Below, piece after piece: positions 1 to 11,000 of a stretch of DNA of 64,000 nucleotides. Every line of letters begins with the position of its first letter. Within the stretch, counting starts at the first letter, position 1. A program made the translations under genes and the position numbers. The notes under the pieces were generated by a model. The model was not told where the DNA came from and searched no databases. It saw only the letters and a program-made list of their open reading frames with translations. Source of the stretch: Octopus bimaculoides (lineage: Eukaryota); NCBI RefSeq assembly GCF_001194135.2, contig NC_069006.1:26044103-26108102 (forward strand). Reading direction: 5' to 3'.

Positions 1-25
1 CACTATCACCACCACAACTACTATC

Positions 26-57
<32 letters not shown>

Positions 58-230
58 AACCACTACTACACCACCAGAAGCAGCATTAACTCCATCACCA
101 CTTCTGCCACAGCCACCCCACCACTACCACCACCACCATCGCTGCCGCCACAGTCATCACCACATTGCTGGTGCCTCTATCACACCACCACCATCACCAC
201 CATCTTCTCAGTGTCTCCCACACTCTACTC
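1..230. repeat. (CAC/CTA)n low-complexity tract; one example of the abundant microsatellites ((CA)n, (TA)n, (GA)n, (CAT)n, (AAT)n) across the window
   Basis: Visible directly in the sequence. Confidence 0.9.
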
Positions 231-560
231 CTCTCTCCTCCCCCACTTCTGTACTCTCTCAGCAATCCTTTATCCCTGCAATCCCCTACCCTCCCACTAC
301 CACTGTTCTAACTCTGCCACCCACCCAACCACACACACACATAATGGCCCTTTACACTCACACACACACACACCCAACACCCATCTTCATCACCACCCCC
401 AGCACAAAGGACATGGATTTATAGGACAAGGAAGTCTTGACCTGCCAAAATTAGCAGCTAGGTCTTCTTTAATTCCACACCCATCTTAGTGTTGTCCCCA
501 ATAAACATACATACATACACACATACATATATACATACAAGACAGAAATATATATACATA

Positions 561-604
<44 letters not shown>

Positions 605-1100
605 TCAGACTGAAACATGTCTTGCTGTGGGGTTTGCTTGATGGAGGCTGACCTGGGGCTAAACAACAACGCCCCCCCCTCATAACACCCTGATATGATT
701 GCCATTGCCTATCACCTTCTGACACTTTCATATTGTCACTGATGCCCCCAAACCCCTACTCTTCTTTTGTTGCAGTCCCTTTCTCAAAAACGACACACTG
801 TCAGGAGATGTGAGCCTGCAGCCAAAGCCATCACTTTTAGTTATGTTGTTTAACCCCAGGTGGATTCTGATCCTGTAGAAGATGTGTCATTAAAGCTGTC
901 CAACTCATGACCATCATGCCTGATTTCGTCAGTAGTATTCCTCAGACTACATTTCCATGTGTCTTGTTTAAAAAAAAAATACTGTGGTTTGAGGAAGTTT
1001 GTGCTGTTATTTCTAGGAGATTTATTTATCATGAAGAATCCCCTTGCTGGCTTATGATTGTTAAGGATCTAATTTATTAACAAAAACTTGAAAAGAATAA

Positions 1101-1222
1101 TAGCCACAGCATCAATTGATATCAATGCCTGAGTTCTTGTCCGGTCACTGAAGTTAAGTAACGTTGAGCTTAGTGAGTATATAGGTGGGTGACCGCTCGG
1201 GAAACCTAGGTGCTGTAAGCAT
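1101..1222 (+). pseudogene. 5S rRNA-derived sequence (degenerate; head of a chimeric retroposon)
   Basis: gagttcttgtccggtcactgaagttaagtaacgttgagcttagtgagtatataggtgggtgaccgctcgggaaacctaggtgctgtaagc aligns by eye with invertebrate 5S rRNA (GGTTCTCGTCCGATCACCGAAGTTAAGCAACG...GGATGGGTGACCGC...GGTG..GTA). Box A and box C are recognisable, with many substitutions. Confidence 0.8.
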
Positions 1223-1234
1223 CTCACACAAAGC

Positions 1235-1288
1235 GGTGCCCCAGCATGGCCACAGTCTATTGACTGAAAGAAGTAAATAAGAAAAAAA
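1235..1288 (+). mobile_element. SINE family A 3' tail fused to the 5S-derived head
   Basis: ggtgccccagcatggccacagtc..tgactgaaa.aagtaaa is nearly identical to the tails at 3566-3612 and 47660-47708. Confidence 0.8.
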
Positions 1289-2721
1289 TTGGTCTGGAAT
1301 CTGACTGTGTTGAAGCTCAGGTTGAGTGTTACATTGAAAATATCCTGTCTTTCTACTCTCCTGGGACCTTGTGTGTGTGTGTGTGAGAGCACATTAAGAT
1401 AAAAGTGTTGGACGAAGGATGAAAGAAGCCTAATTTCAGCAATTAGGAGACCCCTTGTCCTCAACCCAGAGAATCACTTACGAGTGTGTGCGCGCGCGCG
1501 CGCGTATTGGAGGGGGTGGAGGTGGGGGATAATTGACGGTGCTAATATCCAATTCTGAAAAGGGCTTGTATGGTTGTAACATCTGGGTTTTGCTTAGAGT
1601 TGGGAGCAGCTGAGTAACTTTAGACAAATTACTGTCAGGTATAATTTTGTTCGTTAACAAACGAACTGGATTACTTATTTTACTTGTGAACTATATAATC
1701 AAATAATGAAAAACATGATGCAATTATAAGGAGGAGAAGGACAGCACAAAGGTTTGAGCGTGGGAGGGAAGAACGCGATAAAATAGTCATTAAATTGCTT
1801 GGAATCATGGCTTTTATAATTAGGGATTTTACCACAGAGAAGAAATTTTTAGAAAGCAGAACTCAAGGGGAAAGGCTGCATTGCTTCATTTTAGAAATTA
1901 GGCTGGAGACTAAATATGTAGAAAAATTTGAGATTCCAATTCTCATTGAAAATTAGTGATGCTGTTAATTGGGCAAAATTAAAATCCATTGCAAATGTTA
2001 GCACTTTATTTATTTTATTTTTTATTCTATAAAAACATTTTCCTGAACTTTTCTGTGAACCAATTCCTTAAGAAATATACAGTTCTAAGTTTCAGTTAAT
2101 ATTGAAAATGATCAAAAAATTGGAAGAATTTTTATTAGTTTTTTTTAAGCTGATGTTTTTTGGATGTTTTAAGCATGGCAAAAAGTTCACACACATTAAT
2201 TTTATGATGGAATTCTTTCGATGAAATCTGAATATTTTTAGAACAGCTGGTTTATATCATGGAACCAGAAACAGTCAGAGTTATTCTCATATGCAAATGG
2301 TTAAATAATATCTCTGTTCCTAGAACTGACTTGCTTGGCTTTGGTTAGGATTGAACCCCGGTCGCTTTGTACAACAGCCATTCACTGGTTCAGTCAACTA
2401 CAGTATAGCCATCAGCCCCGTCCCTACCACCACCACCACCAATACAATCAACAGCAGACCATCAATATCACTTACACCACATCAATAACAGTAATACAAG
2501 TACCGCTAAATTAATGATTATGTATATGCCTGCATGTGTGTGTGTGTGTGTCTGGAATGAACAAAGGGACCCCCTCATGATATTGTAGTAACCCCTCCCT
2601 TCTTATCACCAATAATTTCTGCTCCATGGTGCATGACTGCATTTTACCATTTTTACTTAGTAACATTGCTTTACAATAGGGAACCCGGTCATTTCCTGTT
2701 CCTACCTGAACTAGTTTTTTC

Positions 2722-2802
<81 letters not shown>

Positions 2803-2998
2803 CTTTGGTGTTCAATTTAATCATCATCATCAGCAGCAGCAGCAGCAGCGGGAGTAGAAGTTGTAATAGAAACATCATTGATACCACCACCACCACCACC
2901 ATCAGTAATTAGAATTATTACATGCACATACATGCATATATAATGTAATGAGTATTGTGTGTATGTGTGTGTGTGTGTATGTGTGTTCAATAGATCAA

Positions 2999-3030
<32 letters not shown>

Positions 3031-3033
<3 letters not shown>

Positions 3034-3230
3034 TGTTTGCCTTTCACCACTTGACAATTAATGTGGGTTTGTTTACATCCCCATAACTTAGCAGTTTGTC
3101 AAAAAGGGCCGATAAACTAAGTACCTGACTTAAAATTAGTGGGGTCAATTCGATCAACTAAAAAGCTCCTTTGAAGCAGTGCTCCAGCCTGGTCATAGCC
3201 CAGTGACTGAAACAAGTAAAAGAATAAAAA
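3031..3230 (+). mobile_element. SINE family A, 3' half
   Basis: Body and tail (ccccataacttagcagtt...tgactgaaacaagtaaaaga) are shared with 3245-3612. Confidence 0.75.
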
Positions 3231-3244
3231 TAAATTACAAATGA

Positions 3245-3612
3245 AGGCATGGCTGTGTGGTAAGAAGCTTGAGTTCCAACCACATGGTCCTGGGTTCAGT
3301 CCCACAGCATGGCATCTTGGGTAGTTGTCTTCTACTATAGCCTTGGGAGTGGATCTGGTGGACAGAAACTGAAAGAAGCCTGCTAGATATATGTGTGTGT
3401 GTGTGTTTGTCTTCCATCACTGCTTGACAACAAGTGTTGGTGCATTTATATCCCCACAACTTAGCAGTTCAGCAGTTATTTTATCAGAGACTGATAAAAT
3501 AAGTACCAGGTTAAAAAAAATTAAGCCCTGGGGTTGTTGTATTTGACTAAAAATTCTCCAAGGTGGTGCCCCAGCATGGCCACAGTCTAATGATTGAAAC
3601 AAGTAAAAGATA
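3245..3612 (+). mobile_element. tRNA-derived SINE family A, near full length
   Basis: Pol III-like head (ggcatggctgtgtggtaagaag...gggttcagtccc), internal (TG)n and 3' tail gactgaaacaagtaaaaga. More than 10 related copies occur in the window. Confidence 0.85.
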
Positions 3613-6600
3613 CAAGACCTACCCACCCACCCACACACACAGATATATGCATGCATGAGTGGCTCACAATAGCATGCTCCAAATACACACACACACACAC
3701 ACACTGCTGCAGGTTTGTGTCGAGTGGCTGTGAGGTTGTTATTGCTGTCGGCATAACATTGTCTTCGAACGTTAACTTGTGTTATTTGCAATGAGAAAAC
3801 TACATTAAGACTCTCACACGGCCTAAAATGAATTTTCCATTCTATTTGTATTTCTGTGTGAATTTATTTAATCTGTTATAAATATTGGTTTCTATGGAAA
3901 CCAATAAAATTCTGACCAAAGAAATATGCAAAATAAATGCACAACCATTTTTTTCTTCTTTTTCTTCTGACCTTTTGTTCTTGGCACCACAAACCATTTT
4001 GTTATTTTGCTTTGTTTCTAATAAGCCAACATAATTAAGATTACCACACTCTAATAATTATAGGAACTACTGGATAAAGGAATGGGTTCTTTTTTTTGGG
4101 GGGGGGGGTTGTATCACTTGATGAATCATATCTCTACATGGATGCCTGTCCCAGTTCAGATCTCTGCAAATTCCATTTCAATGTTTATTGAATAATTCCT
4201 GGAACCGTTAACAACTCTAAAACAATTGGTGTTAATTTCTGAGAAAGACATGGTAACTGGATCTATTGTTTCAGTTTTTAATGCAGGATATTTGTTACGA
4301 GAATGTTTGTCTGTACTTGAGCTGTGGTGCCAGAAAGAGAGAAGGACAGAAAGCTGAGAGTAGTGGAAATTGCAGTTTGGATTTGAGCTCTCAGAGAAAT
4401 TATGACCTGGTTTTCATTCCTAGTAAATTTTCTCACATCAAATATCCTTTAAAATAATGATTTTCAACACAGTTCTTTTGGTTGAGAGATTTCTGTGAAT
4501 TACCTAAATCAGTGGTTCCCAAAGTGGGTGGTATCCCCCCCCCCCCNNNNNNNNNNNNNNNNNNNNNNNNNNNNNNNNNNNNNNNNNNNNNNNNNNNNNN
4601 NNNNNNNNNNNNNNNNNNNNNNNNNNNNNNNNNNNNNNNCAGATCGAACTGTCTCAACTGCCTGAAACAGTAGGGACTTCTGGTAACTTGACTGAGGAAA
4701 GAAGGCCACGAATGAACCATCTTTATTTTGCCTTTCCTAATTGTTGTTTCTCCCGTCTGCCTTTGTATCATCTCTCTGTCTGAATATTTTATTGTCCTCT
4801 ATTGCACTTTTGTTCCATTTTATATATATATATATATATATACACACACATACATACACATGTACCCATATGTATATATTTGTGTGTGTGTATGTATTCA
4901 TGTCTATATAAGTAAATGAATGAGGTTAATGACATCCAAACAGATGTTTTAGTCTCATTTCAGCTTAAACTTTTCAAGTCAAGTCGACTATTTTACATCC
5001 CTGTTGAGTTTCATAAACTAAATCTCAGGAAATTGAAGTTGCTGCACTTGTCTCTTATGCCTCCCCCTTTTCCTCATCTCACCTCAAACAGTTCGTTATA
5101 TTACTTAACAGATTGGATAATTTGGCATTAATGAAGCCAGATGTGAAATAAGTATTGACTTTTGGAATTGAGGAAATCATTCCAATTTCCTTTCATTTCT
5201 GTCATTCCATCTCACTCATGTTTCGTGTATCTCTGAAGTAGGTTTAGCTACAGTTGGGTGGCCTACATTTTCTTAGTGCCTTCTCTGTTTATGGAGTGTT
5301 TGAGCTAAATTAGGTCCAGTTTTGAACCTGAACTCTTGTAATATGGTAAGACTCTTGGAATCTAAGGAATCTGAAAATGATGGTCTGCCTTTGTAGCAAC
5401 TGTAGAGATCTTTGGCTTCGTGGTTAGGGTGCTGGTCTCATGATTGTAAGATTGTGATTTCAATTCCTACCATGGCTAGAGTGTGTGCCACCCAGGGTAG
5501 CCCTTCAGTTTTGTGGTCATTGTTCTGCCAACATTTCTTCTCTTTAAGCTTTGCTAATCTACAGAATCCAGCTTCCTGGTAATGAAACATGACATGGTGG
5601 TCGTTGCCGGATTATCTTTGATCAGAGGTCTGTGCAAGCAGGGCTGACCTGAGGCTGGAATGACAACAACAACAAACTCTTCCCAGCAAGAAGAACAAAC
5701 ATTAGGAGAAAAGGGGTTTCATGTTTGTTTTTCTTGGTGGCATAGATTATTGTTGTTGTTGATATTGTTGTTGTTGTTTAGCCCAGGGTCAGCTCTGAAT
5801 GAGCTGATTCATGGAGAGAAAGGATGTTGGCGATGATGACAGCAATGATGGGAGTTGATGGGATTGAAGTTGGTGATGGTGGTGATAGTGGTGGTATGAT
5901 GGTAGTTGTGGTGGTGGTGGTGGTAGTGGTGGTAGTGGTTGTTGTAGTGGTGGTGGTAGTGGTGGTATGATGGTGGTGGTGACACCAACGATGATGATGC
6001 TGATGATAGTAGTGGTGTTTTTTATGATGATGATGATGATGATGATAACAATGGGGGGGGGTAGTGCTGAAAAAAAATCCCCCCCTCCACCGCCGCTGCC
6101 CAATGTTTATGTGATGTGAACATAAACAATAGCCCTGAAGATTGATTATAACAATCTGCTGTGGTATGTCAAAAAAAAACATAAAAAAAGCAAAAGAACA
6201 GTATCCAAAAAAAAAGCAACAAAAATGCCTCTGGACAATAGAATCCCAACAACAACAACAACAACAACAGAAATAATAGTCTTTTTTCATTTCTTTCTTT
6301 TTCTTTCCTGTTCCTTAAAGGCTTTATAGTGTTTTGAACAGGAAATGAGAGGTTGTGACATTGATGCCTTTAGTTAAGAGTATATTGAGGAGGGGGGAGA
6401 TTAAAATAGGACACAGGGGGGAGTGACTAAAGTACTAAACTCAATCCCCCCCCCGGTGGCGGGGTGAGGTGGGGGGTAGGACAAGAGTAGAGTGGGGGTG
6501 GAGGTCGGAGGGTGGAATCAATGAGCTGCCCTCTCTCTCTCTTTTTTTCCCCTGCTGATGGCTTCTTTTAAAAGAAAATAAAAGAACCAAAAAGACAAAA

Positions 6601-6799
6601 AAGAAAATATTTTAAATTAAAAGACAAAAAATGGGAGAAAAAAAATCTCAGTAAAATTGATCATTGTTTATTGAACATGTTACATGTTGTAAGGCATGGG
6701 GGGATGGCGGAGGTTTGGGTGGGTGGGTGGCTTATTGATTTTTCTGTTGGCTGGTCTTACTTAAAAACAACTGCTATTGTTCGGAACGGTCTAACTGGT

Positions 6800-7098
6800 G
6801 TTGCCATAGTAACCATTGATAGTGTTCCGCACTTCCATACACTCCTACCCCACCCTCCTCAGCTGCTTTTACCATAGTAACCAGGTGGGGGGTGGTTTAG
6901 TGGTCGCACTGTTGTTACTATGGTAACCAGTGCGATTGTGCATTGGCGTCCGTTATTGTTGCCATAGTAACTCTTGACAATGTCTAATAGTCCAGCAGTT
7001 GTTACCATAGTAACCAGGGGCAGTATTTAGTGGTCTGTTGTTACCATCGTAACCAGTGCTATTGTCCATTCGCTTCCCCCAGTTGTTACCATAGTAAC
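6800..7098. promoter_or_regulatory. Homotypic cluster of seven RFX X-box-like palindromes
   Basis: GTTGCCATAGTAAC 6800, TTTACCATAGTAAC 6868, GTTACTATGGTAAC 6914, GTTGCCATAGTAAC 6958, GTTACCATAGTAAC 7001, GTTACCATCGTAAC 7040, GTTACCATAGTAAC 7085. Five match the X-box consensus GTHNYY-AT-RRNAAC on one strand; 6868 and 7040 each have one mismatch. Confidence 0.7.
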
Positions 7099-7190
7099 CA
7101 GGGACAGCCTTTCCTTCTTAAATCTACACTAAATCTAATGAGCTAAGACGCTTTTAAACTGGGACACACACACACACACACACACATATA

Positions 7191-7410
7191 CGAGGGGGTC
7201 CTGAAAAGTTCTGGTTTTGGGTAAAAGAAAATACAGGAGGATCAGTTAATTATGATTTTATCCAACATATTCCCCTCCTCTCAGATTCACACACTTATCG
7301 CTGTGGTCCTTCAGTATTTCTAAGACCTGTAAAAGAACTCAGAAGGTTGGGCCTCCAGCCAGGCCTTTCATGAAACCCTTAAAGCTGGGAACTTTTCAGC
7401 TCCCCCCCCA
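7191..7410. mobile_element. mariner-derived MITE (~220 bp)
   Basis: TIRs cgagggggtcctgaaaagttc and gaacttttcagctcccccccc, with TA on both sides (7189-90, 7411-12). Confidence 0.85.
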
Positions 7411-7450
7411 TATATGTATATATATATGTGTGTGTGTGTGTATGTGTGTG

Positions 7451-7483
<33 letters not shown>

Positions 7484-7494
7484 ATATATATATC

Positions 7495-8053
7495 ATTTAA
7501 CTAATAACCTTGTATGAAGTTAGAGGTTTCGATCTGTATCTAGAAATATATTTTTTAATATTTCTGTATAAACACGAAGAAAAAAAAATAAATAAAGACT
7601 CACCTTCTTCCCTCATCCTGACCAGGCTTGAACCCTGGACAGGACAGTTCAGAATGTTCACCTTACCCAGTTCATCTACACTTACCTTTACCTACTAGTC
7701 AACCGAGTGCCCACACAAATTGCTGTCAAAAATGAGATACTTAAATCTATAATAGTGTCCAATCAATAATAAAAATAGATTTAAATATCTCATTTTTGAT
7801 CTGTTTTTCAGGTGTTGGTTTGATGGCCTAGTAGGTAAAGGTGTTAGTAATTTAACTACTAACCTTGGTTGAAGATAGAGGTTTCAATCTCTATCTAGGA
7901 AATATATTTTTTAATATTTTTGCATAAATGAACAAAAAAAAATAAAAGGACTCTCTCCTCCTTCCCTCATCCTGACAAGGCTTGCAACCTGGACAGGTAA
8001 GTTTAGAATGTTCACCTCACCCAGTTCATCTACACTCACCTTTACCTACTAGC
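7495..8053. repeat. Tandem ~200-bp duplication with inverted tRNA-like cassettes
   Basis: 7500-7698 resembles 7856-8053. ctagtaggtaaaggt (7827-7841) is the reverse complement of acctttacctactag (7684-7698 and 8039-8053). The spacer carries a 24-bp inverted repeat (7726-7749 / 7776-7799). Confidence 0.8.
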
Positions 8054-8055
8054 CT

Positions 8056-8372
8056 GACTGGCCTTCGTGGGATTTTCGAGCGAGATCGTTGCCAGTGCCC
8101 CTGGACTGGCTCTTGTGCGGGTGGCACATAAAATGCACCATTTTGAGCGTGGCCGTTGCCAGTACCGCCTGACTGGCGTTTCGTGCGGGTGACACATAAA
8201 AGCACCCACTACACTCTCTGAGTGGTTGGCGTCAGGAAGGGCATCCAGCTGTAGAAACTCTGCCAAATCAGACTGGAGCCTGGTGTTGCCATCCGGTTTC
8301 ACCAGTCCTCAGTCAAATCGTCCAACCCATGCTAGCATGGAAAGCGGACGTTAAACGATGATGATGATGATA
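8056..8372 (+). mobile_element. Retroposon family D (RTE-type 3' tail ending (GAT)n)
   Basis: Internal repeats gccggtggcac.taaaa.gcacc and tail ccaacccatgctagcatggaaagcggacgttaaacgatgatgatg. Related copies at 28147, 47522 and 63322. Confidence 0.8.
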
Positions 8373-8820
8373 CTTTGTACGCAGGTTTTGTGTCTATGTT
8401 ACGACAGCAGCAGCGGCAGCAGCAGCAGCCCCCTGTTATCATCATCATAATGATCATCAGCAACAGAAACAGGTGTGGTGGAGACAAGATCACTGTTAGA
8501 AGCTGTATAAACATCAGATTTACAGAAGCCGTGTTCATTATCACGACAATCTGCATCTTGAACATCTCCAGCTTCCTGACAGATTCCCTACAAAACCGAT
8601 TCCTTTGCTTTTCCTTGCAGACACCCTTCCTCATCCCGTTCTATGAAAGCCAGGTGATGGTCGTTTAAGATGAGATTTTTCACAGCTCAACTTACTAAAC
8701 TGTTCAACAGATTAAGGGATTTCCAGAGAATTTCTTAGATTTCCTGGCTTTTCTTGTGTCATATTGGTTTTTGGTAAACAAAGAACCTTATACATATTCA
8801 TACATACATGCATACATACA

Positions 8821-8854
<34 letters not shown>

Positions 8855-9352
8855 CATATATACATACATATACATGCACATGTACATACACACACACACA
8901 AACATATGCATATATATATGTGTGTGTATATATAAAATATATGTATACACATGTACAAGTACATATATACACGCACTCGCATATGCACATAAATATAATG
9001 CATGTGTGTGTGTGTATATATATATGCGTTATGTATGTATATACATATATATTATGAATGTATATACATGTGTGTGTGAAATATTCTTCATAAGATTCTA
9101 TCAACTTCAAACTTGTTGTATCTCATCTTTAGATAACCGAAAGTGTGGAGGTGAGAAACGGTGGGAGATGATTTGATAGAATCAAACAAATTCTTCCCTT
9201 CTCTGCTATGGAGACAGTGACATAAGGGGGGGGGGCAGTGTAAAAAAGCCCACCAAAATCATGATAGCCTTCTTTATTACTCATTATCTGAAACTGCCTT
9301 TAAATTGTATATTAAAGGGGTCTTAGCCATCCGATGATTTTTCTTGTCTTTT

Positions 9353-9715
9353 TTTTTATGGTTTACTTGCTTCAGTCATTTGACTGCAGCCATACTGGAG
9401 CATTGCTTTGGAGGGGTTTGTTCGAACAAATCAACCCCAGGACTTGTTTTTTTGGTTTCAGTTTTAAGCCTGGTACTTAATCTATCAGTCTCTTCTGATA
9501 GTGGTTAAGTGGTGATGGGGAACAAACACACACACTCACACTCACACTCATATATACACGATGGGCTTCCTTCTGTTTCCATCAACCAAATCCACTCACA
9601 AGTGTTTGGTTGGCCTGCAGTTATAGTAGAAGTCACTTACCCAAGGTGCCACACAGTAGGTCTGAACCCAGAACCATGTGGTTGGGAAACAAGCTCCTTA
9701 CCATGCTGCCCTGCC
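9353..9715 (-). mobile_element. SINE family A, near full length, minus strand
   Basis: Reverse complement of the head, body and tail of 3245-3612. Confidence 0.85.
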
Positions 9716-10854
9716 AGTGCCTATATTAGTAAAACACTTATTCCAACTAGTCAGACAATTAGAAACCTCATACACCACGAATAATTGGTTCAGGGCTGTG
9801 TTTTAAAAGTACAAAACCACTGCAACCTAACAATGCAGATTTGTGGAAGAAATAACATCAGAGGCATGCAGACAGTTTTTGTTTCATTTACAGATTTACA
9901 TCTTTTTTCCTTCCATTTTTCTTTCTTTTGTTTTCCTGTTAAAAGAGAGTTTGATAGGTCTGCAAACTTTGACATTTAAATTGTGTTTTCTGGGCCGATT
10001 TTTTAATTTTTTTTTTTGTCATCTGGTATGGGAATATTGTTTTAAAGCTTGTCTTTCCAATGTGTCTATTCGCTTACCCTGACATGATCTTACATTTGTG
10101 AACTCTTTTCTGAGAACGAGCTGCAATAATTAAATATTACAATTAGAAGGATGAGTGAGGGCTTTTATCATTAATGCTACACTACATCCTTCTCTTTCAA
10201 ATGGGGTACCTAACTCAGACAAAATAGTCTCTGAAGTGGGCCTTTTTTTATGTTTTCATTGTCCTTCCTGTCACTAACCCTTACCTGTTTTTCAAGCAAG
10301 GGATTTCTTATTCCACTCAGACTTCAAGACATGGAGTGGATGATGCAAACTGTCTCATAGGAAGTTGTATTTGATGAGAAACTGGTGATGAGTGGGTTAA
10401 ACTTGAAATCGGGTGGAGAGAAAATAGAATTGCAGAAGCATTTCACAGACTTTCTTAGTTTCAAAGCACAAATCAAGATAAGTAAACAATGAAAGGAATA
10501 AATGAAATAAATAAATATCAACTAAAATATAAATAAATATTGAGTAAAAATATTGACGAAATATCCAGCTTTGAAAGTTTCGAGAAATATCTGGGCAATC
10601 TTTAAATAAAGAGCCATTCCTTAAGTAAATAGAGATAAGTTTGTAGAAGACATTGATGTTGGAAGGTATTTTGGTAACCGGGTAAGGAGAGAGAGAGAGA
10701 GAGAGAGAGATAACCGATAGTGGTGATGATGAAGTGGTGGTGGTGGTGGTGGTGATGGTGCTATGGGCAGAAATACACGCACACATACTGAACAGTGAAT
10801 GTATGTGTATTTTTGTGAATACTTGCATCTGGGCTACTTTATACATCATTGTGT

Positions 10855-11000
10855 CTTGGGGAAATTTCAAACCTGAGTTCTTATTCCTAAGGTATTTTTC
10901 AATGTTATAATTATTATTATTATTATTTAGGTCACTGCTTGGAATCAAACTCGGAATTTTGGGGTTAGTAGCCTGCGCTCTTAACTACTTCGCCATGTGA
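10855..11000 (-). mobile_element. tRNA-headed short retroposon (distinct family)
   Basis: Minus strand reads atggcgaagtagttaaagagcgcaggctactaaccccaaaattccgagtttgattcc (A/B-box-like), followed by (AAT)n. Confidence 0.5.

Noticed and set aside
5778-6290. 170-aa His/Thr-rich ORF
   Set aside because: It is a translation of (GGT)n/(GAT)n/(CAA)n microsatellites.
6800-7098. CRISPR-like repeat-spacer appearance of the palindromic 14-mers
   Set aside because: The context is eukaryotic, the repeats are only 14 bp and not identical, the spacers are homologous to each other, and no cas genes are present.
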